A stretch of DNA of 64,000 nt from an uncultured Ignavibacteriales bacterium (lineage in GTDB: Bacteria; Zixibacteria; MSB-5A5; GN15; FEB-12): contig CAZCZL010000007.1 of NCBI GenBank assembly GCA_964503315.1, positions 12,327 through 76,326 on the forward strand, in the 5' to 3' direction. The number at the start of each line of letters is the position of its first letter. Positions within the stretch are counted from its first letter, which is position 1. The translations under genes were made by a program, and so were the position numbers. Below are positions 59,022-64,000 of the stretch, in pieces. A model generated the notes under the pieces. That model was not told the DNA's origin. It searched no databases and saw only the letters and a program-made list of their open reading frames with translations.

Positions 59022-61184
59022 TCAATAACACGGCGCCCCGGCATTCCCCAACATGTAATTCATGTAGTACACCACATCCCCGATATTGATCACGCCATCG
59101 CAATTCGCGTCGGCCCGACCCGCCCCACCCACCGGCGGTTGGCCGTTGTTCGTCAGGAACGAGATCAACCGCGCCAGATCGCTCAGATCCACTTGGCTGT
59201 CTCCGGTGTAATCTCCCGGATCGAAGGTCCCCGCGCAATTGTACCGCGCCAAAACCGCGTCGTATCCCTCGAGACTGGTCGCGTCAATCGCCGTCGAGCG
59301 GAAGAAATAGAGATTATCTTCCGTCAATCCCTCCGGCGTCCAATTGACCGCCCAACCGTTCGCGCCGTTGATATCCAGCCCCACCGGTTCGCGCGTCGGC
59401 GCCCATGTTTTCGCGATCATCGACACCGCGATATCTATCGCGTGCCAGCTTCCGTTGATATATATCTCACTCACCGCGCCATTCACTCGGATCGGCGTGG
59501 TCTGCGGAGCGCCGCTGTTGATCGGATTCGCCACTACTATCTTGTAACTGCCGTCCGGCTGCTCCCATTCGATAAACCCTTCCACCGCCACCCAGTAGGC
59601 AGGTGTGCCGCCGAGCCCGAGCATCACCACCCGCTCTTCATCCTCCACCCAGGTACGGATCTGCCAGTAGTTCGGCGAGCGTAGCAGATCGAAATCAAAC
59701 TCGTCCCCCTTCGCATACGCCCACTGCTTTATCCCGGCAAAAAACTTCTCGTCGTAGGTCCCATGATCCGCCCGCGTCTGGAACAACACCGCGAGCGATT
59801 CCGCTACCTGTAACATCGTCAGATTGGTGAATCCGGATCGCGTGATCGAAGTAAAACCTCTATCCGCCCATTTCTTCATCGCGATCGACCCGACTGCCGG
59901 CGCAGAATAGTAGTTGCCAAATTCGCCGTTCGCGATCGAGTTCCCGTCAGAACCGTTGCCGTTGGCGTCACCCAGCATCTGCTGGTGAAGTGTCGTCAGA
60001 CCGGCAGTGTAATTCAGCGACGCGTCATGGCGATATACCTGTACTCCTGTAAGATTCTCATCCGTCGTCTGCATCAGGAATGAAACCGGCGAGCAGAAGT
60101 CATCCCCCGGATCAGGAGAAATGATTCGCGCCACCGGCGGTGTCGGCTCCAAGGTCGCGCTGATCTCCGCCGATGCTTCCCGCCCCAGCGTATCGACCGC
60201 GCGCGCCCGAATGGTCACCGCTCCCTCTGGGATCGATGAGAAATTCCAATTCACACTGAATCCATTTCCGGCTTCGGCGGCCGCCACGCCACTGCGCAGA
60301 GGCGCGGTGCCGTCATAATCGCGACCGAATTCCGTCCAGACTCCATTGCGGAAATACTGGAACGACACATAGTCGATGATCGATGACCCGGACAACTCCT
60401 GCGCCCAGACCTCGGTCGATCCGTTCAGCACCTTGCCGTCGGCAGGGTAGAGGATCGCGACTTCCGGAGCCGGTTGATTGCCGCCGGAGCCACCGGTCGT
60501 GCCGTATGCTTCCATCACCAGTCGTCCTGGGAAATTGTACTCCGGACCGAACTCCGGAGGAAAATTGCAGAGATCCACAAATCCAACGGTGGTATCCCAG
60601 ATATTGTAGGAGTAGCACGGCAACTGGATCGAATCGATCAGCACCGCGGAACTGACACTGACTGTTGAACCGATAAAGAACCCCGCGAAGAATGGCTCGG
60701 TCACCGCTATTGGCGAATCAAGCGGGATCCAGAGATTGTAATATCCCGCCGCCGGCACGGAGAGCGTGTAGTCCGACGATATCGCCAGCATATTCCCGGG
60801 CACTTTGCAGTTCCCGGTCAGGACCACCGCTTCCTCAACATCCACCGATACGGTGATCGAGGTCGCCGCGCTGAAATACATCGGCATATTGATCCCGCCG
60901 ACCAAATACGGATACGGCGCGTTGCAGTCGCCGGCCGGATCGATCAACGCCTTGTACAATTCGTTGCCACTCACCCAGCCATTCATCTGGTAGATGATCT
61001 CATCAACGCTCGCCGCGGTGCAAACTTCCGCCGCCGTGAATGACGGCGTCAGATGACCCGGTTGAAGCGTAATGAATTTATCGATCTGCGCGCGCTGGAT
61101 CGTTCCCGTCTGGCGTGGCGCCGCAACTAACGACGATGCCAGGATCAGCATGACACAGCCGGCGATGATTGACCGGTTACGCAT
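59022..61184 (-). CDS. secreted multidomain protein: Ig-like, papain/C39-like domain, C-terminal dockerin-like
   Basis: Signal peptide; 'YYSAPAVGSIAMKKW', 'YWVAVEGF'; 'GDYTGDSQVDLSDL...DANCDGVINIGDVVY'. Confidence 0.8.
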   Translation of the reverse strand: MRNRSIIAGCVMLILASSLVAAPRQTGTIQRAQIDKFITLQPGHLTPSFTAAEVCTAASVDEIIYQMNGWVSGNELYKALIDPAGDCNAPYPYLVGGINMPMYFSAATSITVSVDVEEAVVLTGNCKVPGNMLAISSDYTLSVPAAGYYNLWIPLDSPIAVTEPFFAGFFIGSTVSVSSAVLIDSIQLPCYSYNIWDTTVGFVDLCNFPPEFGPEYNFPGRLVMEAYGTTGGSGGNQPAPEVAILYPADGKVLNGSTEVWAQELSGSSIIDYVSFQYFRNGVWTEFGRDYDGTAPLRSGVAAAEAGNGFSVNWNFSSIPEGAVTIRARAVDTLGREASAEISATLEPTPPVARIISPDPGDDFCSPVSFLMQTTDENLTGVQVYRHDASLNYTAGLTTLHQQMLGDANGNGSDGNSIANGEFGNYYSAPAVGSIAMKKWADRGFTSITRSGFTNLTMLQVAESLAVLFQTRADHGTYDEKFFAGIKQWAYAKGDEFDFDLLRSPNYWQIRTWVEDEERVVMLGLGGTPAYWVAVEGFIEWEQPDGSYKIVVANPINSGAPQTTPIRVNGAVSEIYINGSWHAIDIAVSMIAKTWAPTREPVGLDINGANGWAVNWTPEGLTEDNLYFFRSTAIDATSLEGYDAVLARYNCAGTFDPGDYTGDSQVDLSDLARLISFLTNNGQPPVGGAGRADANCDGVINIGDVVYYMNYMLGNAGAPCY

Positions 61185-61296
61185 TGGCTCTCCTTCGCGA
61201 TGTATGCCTTCTTTCCCTTGATTATCGTTAGATTTTGCGTATACTTGATACCCCTTGCCGGAACGTCACTTAGGCGACGACAAGGGAGATGCGACT

Positions 61297-62187
61297 GTGC
61301 AGGATTTGAACACCATGACGACCCCGGGACCCACGCAACGCAAACCCGCCTGGCTGACGGTCAAGCCGTTCGCCGGCACCGAGTTCTCCCGTATCAGTCG
61401 ACTCCTCTCCGACCTCGGACTCCAAACTGTCTGTCAGGAAGCCAACTGTCCCAATCGCGGCGAATGCTTTAATCGGGGCACCGCGGTCTTTCTCATCCTT
61501 GGCCCCAAATGTACGCGTAATTGTCGCTTCTGCGATGTTACTCCCGGCATTCCTTCGGCTGTTGATCCGACTGAGCCAACTCGTGTCGCCGAAGCCGCCT
61601 CGCGCATGCAGTTGCGTCATGTCGTCATAACATCCGTCACCCGCGATGATCTCGCCGACGGCGGCGCCGCGCAATTCGCCGAATGCATCATCCGCGTTCG
61701 CGACGTTCTCCCCAACGCTACCATCGAAGTTCTCACGCCCGATTTCCGCGGCAACCTACAAGCTCTTGAAGTGGTTTTACAACGTCAGCCTGATGTCTTC
61801 AATCATAATGTCGAGACCGTCCCGCGCCTCTATCCCTCCGTTCGTCCCGCGGCGAATTATCAGCAGTCTCTCGCGGTTCTCTCCGCGGCTCGCGACAGAA
61901 AAGGGATATGGGTCAAATCCGGCATCATGGTCGGACTCGGTGAAACAACGGATGAATTGAAACAACTATTCGATGATCTCGCCGCCTCCGCTGTTTCACT
62001 ATTGACGATCGGCCAGTATCTCGCGCCGTCCGCGAATCATCACCCGGTCGTACGCTATCTGCCTCCTGATGAATTCGATCAGCTCCGCGAATTCGCCGTA
62101 CGTGCCGGAATACCAACCGTTTTCTCCGGCCCCTTGGTTCGCTCGTCCTACCTCGCCGACAATATGATAGCGCTTACGCGCTCCTGA
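61297..62187 (+). CDS. lipA: lipoyl synthase
   Basis: 'TVCQEANCPNRGECF', radical SAM 'CTRNCRFC', 'FNHNVETV', 'VRSSY'. Confidence 0.97.
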   Translation: MQDLNTMTTPGPTQRKPAWLTVKPFAGTEFSRISRLLSDLGLQTVCQEANCPNRGECFNRGTAVFLILGPKCTRNCRFCDVTPGIPSAVDPTEPTRVAEAASRMQLRHVVITSVTRDDLADGGAAQFAECIIRVRDVLPNATIEVLTPDFRGNLQALEVVLQRQPDVFNHNVETVPRLYPSVRPAANYQQSLAVLSAARDRKGIWVKSGIMVGLGETTDELKQLFDDLAASAVSLLTIGQYLAPSANHHPVVRYLPPDEFDQLREFAVRAGIPTVFSGPLVRSSYLADNMIALTRS

Positions 62188-62303
62188 TCCCGATTAATCG
62201 CATTTTGCCAAGCGCAATTTCTAAACAATAACTCTCCCGCGACTGGACTTTCCGCTCCCAGAGCCGAAAACTGGAAGGACGTAGCATTGTAACAGAGGAC
62301 TTC

Positions 62304-63818
62304 ATGATACCTGCCACCACCGCTCGCCTTCTTATCGTTGATGACGAGCAGTACATCTGTGATATCGTGCAGGAAACGCTCCTCGACGAAAAGTACGAGG
62401 TCGTCACCTTTTCGTCGCCGCAGGAAGCCCTCGTCCATCTGCGCAACAACCCAGTCGACCTGATCCTCACCGACCTGATGATGTCCGATGTCTCCGGCAT
62501 CGATATTCTCCAGGCCGCGAAAACCTACCAGAACGATGTCGTCGTTATCCTGATGACCGCCCACCCGACCCTGCAGACAGCGGTCGCGGTCCTAAAACAG
62601 GGTGCCTATGATTTCCTCGTGAAGCCGTTCAAACTGGAAATACTCAAAGCGACCATCAAGCGCGGGCTCGCTCACCAGCGCGTCATGCGCGATAACCTCC
62701 GCCTCCGCGGACAGGTGGAGTTCCTCAAAGCCGCCAGCGCCATCTCTATCGGTGTTGAGATTGATAAGTACCTGCAGATGGTCATGACCTCCGCCAAGAC
62801 CGAGTTCTCCGCCGCCGCCGTCGCGGTGCTGGAGATTGAACCGCTCACCGGAGAGGTCACCCGTCGCCTGCATATCGCCGATGACGCCGAGCTGTCGCAC
62901 CTCGTTCTCGATGAATCCCGTATCACCGGATTCGCCGGTCGCCGTGTCTGCGAACCGCGTATCATCAGTGAACCGATCTTGCGCGATGGCGTCCCTATGA
63001 CCCAGACCGTCATCTCCAGCCCGATCTATATCCGGAGAAAACTGCACGGTGTCGTCAACCTGGTCCTCTTCGACCGCTTCTATCGCATCAGCCCGGGGCA
63101 GATGGATGTTCTCACCATCCTCACCAACTCCGCCGGCTCGGCCATCGCCAACAACATGCTTTACCACAATCTGCAGACCTCGTATCTGCAGGCTATCCGC
63201 GCGCTGGCCAACGCTATCGAAGCCCGGGATAACTACACCGCCGGTCACACCGACCGCGTCATCAAACTTGCCGAGCGCGTCGCTCGTTTTATGGGCTGGT
63301 CCGAAACCCGCATCAACCATCTTATCGTTGGATGCACCCTCCACGACATCGGCAAGATCGGCGTTCCCGATTCCATCCTCAACAAACCGGATCGCCTCAC
63401 CGATGAAGAGCGCGAGAAGATGCTCAACCACCCGAATGTCGGTCTCCGCATCGTCCGCGATATTGAACTCTTCAAACCGTCGCTCCCGTATATCGCCGCG
63501 CACCACGAACGCTACGATGGGACCGGCTATCCCAATGGCCTTGCCGGAGAAGAGATCCCTATCGAGGGAAGGCTCCTCGCCGTCGTCGATACGTTCGACG
63601 CTATCCTCTCCGATCGTCCCTACCGCAAAGGCGCAACGCTCGCGATCGCCCTCCGCGAATTGATCATCAATCGCGGACGACAGTTCGACCCGAAATTGGT
63701 CGACATCTTCCTCGATGTCCTCAGAGCTGGATTGATTGATTTCCGGGAATTGTACGGACGCGACGAGGATATCGCTATCCTCGACTCGGTCCTCAAGTCT
63801 GAATCGGTACCGGCGTAA
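62304..63818 (+). CDS. response regulator with GAF and HD-GYP cyclic di-GMP phosphodiesterase domains
   Basis: REC 'LIVDDE', 'TDLMM'; 'HDIGKIG', 'HHERYDGTGYP'. Confidence 0.93.
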   Translation: MIPATTARLLIVDDEQYICDIVQETLLDEKYEVVTFSSPQEALVHLRNNPVDLILTDLMMSDVSGIDILQAAKTYQNDVVVILMTAHPTLQTAVAVLKQGAYDFLVKPFKLEILKATIKRGLAHQRVMRDNLRLRGQVEFLKAASAISIGVEIDKYLQMVMTSAKTEFSAAAVAVLEIEPLTGEVTRRLHIADDAELSHLVLDESRITGFAGRRVCEPRIISEPILRDGVPMTQTVISSPIYIRRKLHGVVNLVLFDRFYRISPGQMDVLTILTNSAGSAIANNMLYHNLQTSYLQAIRALANAIEARDNYTAGHTDRVIKLAERVARFMGWSETRINHLIVGCTLHDIGKIGVPDSILNKPDRLTDEEREKMLNHPNVGLRIVRDIELFKPSLPYIAAHHERYDGTGYPNGLAGEEIPIEGRLLAVVDTFDAILSDRPYRKGATLAIALRELIINRGRQFDPKLVDIFLDVLRAGLIDFRELYGRDEDIAILDSVLKSESVPA

Positions 63819-64000
63819 ACGACAACAGCAGAATTATCAGCGCGATCACTCCCATCCATCGCGCCGTTCGCGTCAACGGCTTTTCATCCTGGATCGTCGG
63901 CGGATGCGCCACCCCGAACACCATCCCGAGCGCCGCGAACAACCACCACATCATCGACTGAAATCCCAACAACGCCAGGCAGACCACCGCGAACCATCCC
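63793..64000 (-). CDS. 3' end of a probable site-2 protease (M50) family membrane protein, truncated
   Basis: 'HPPTIQDEKPL...R...+...+LL.FTPVPI' C-terminal pattern. Confidence 0.65.
   Translation of the reverse strand, partial: GWFAVVCLALLGFQSMMWWLFAALGMVFGVAHPPTIQDEKPLTRTARWMGVIALIILLLSFTPVPIQT

Overview
Host chromosomal window from a GC-rich Gram-negative bacterium. The Cys-bracketed dockerin-like C-termini and FlgD-Ig 'YPNPFNP' tails suggest candidate division Zixibacteria or a related FCB lineage (inference). Housekeeping genes include yajC-def-fmt-rng, dciA-gyrB, a propionyl-CoA carboxylase/methylmalonyl-CoA mutase/epimerase operon and lipA, mixed with many secreted accessory proteins. 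The main discovery is a phage head-and-packaging gene set split over separate loci. Portal and large terminase (20.5-23.1 kb, minus strand) lie near a sigma70-r4/Zn-HTH gene and an RHH gene (25.2-25.9 kb). About 25 kb away, an operon (48.1-58.8 kb, plus strand) encodes prohead protease, scaffold, decoration protein, HK97-like major capsid protein, adaptor, two signal-peptide proteins and a holin-like protein. No integrase, replication, tail tube, tape-measure or endolysin gene is recognisable in the window. All ORFs are open, and host REP-like mosaics sit between the capsid genes. This is a candidate domesticated, apparently tail-less, gene-transfer-agent-like system. Second highlight: a single dockerin-protein gene bounded by a perfect 39-bp duplication of the rng 3' end. 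All family calls come from motif reading without database searches.
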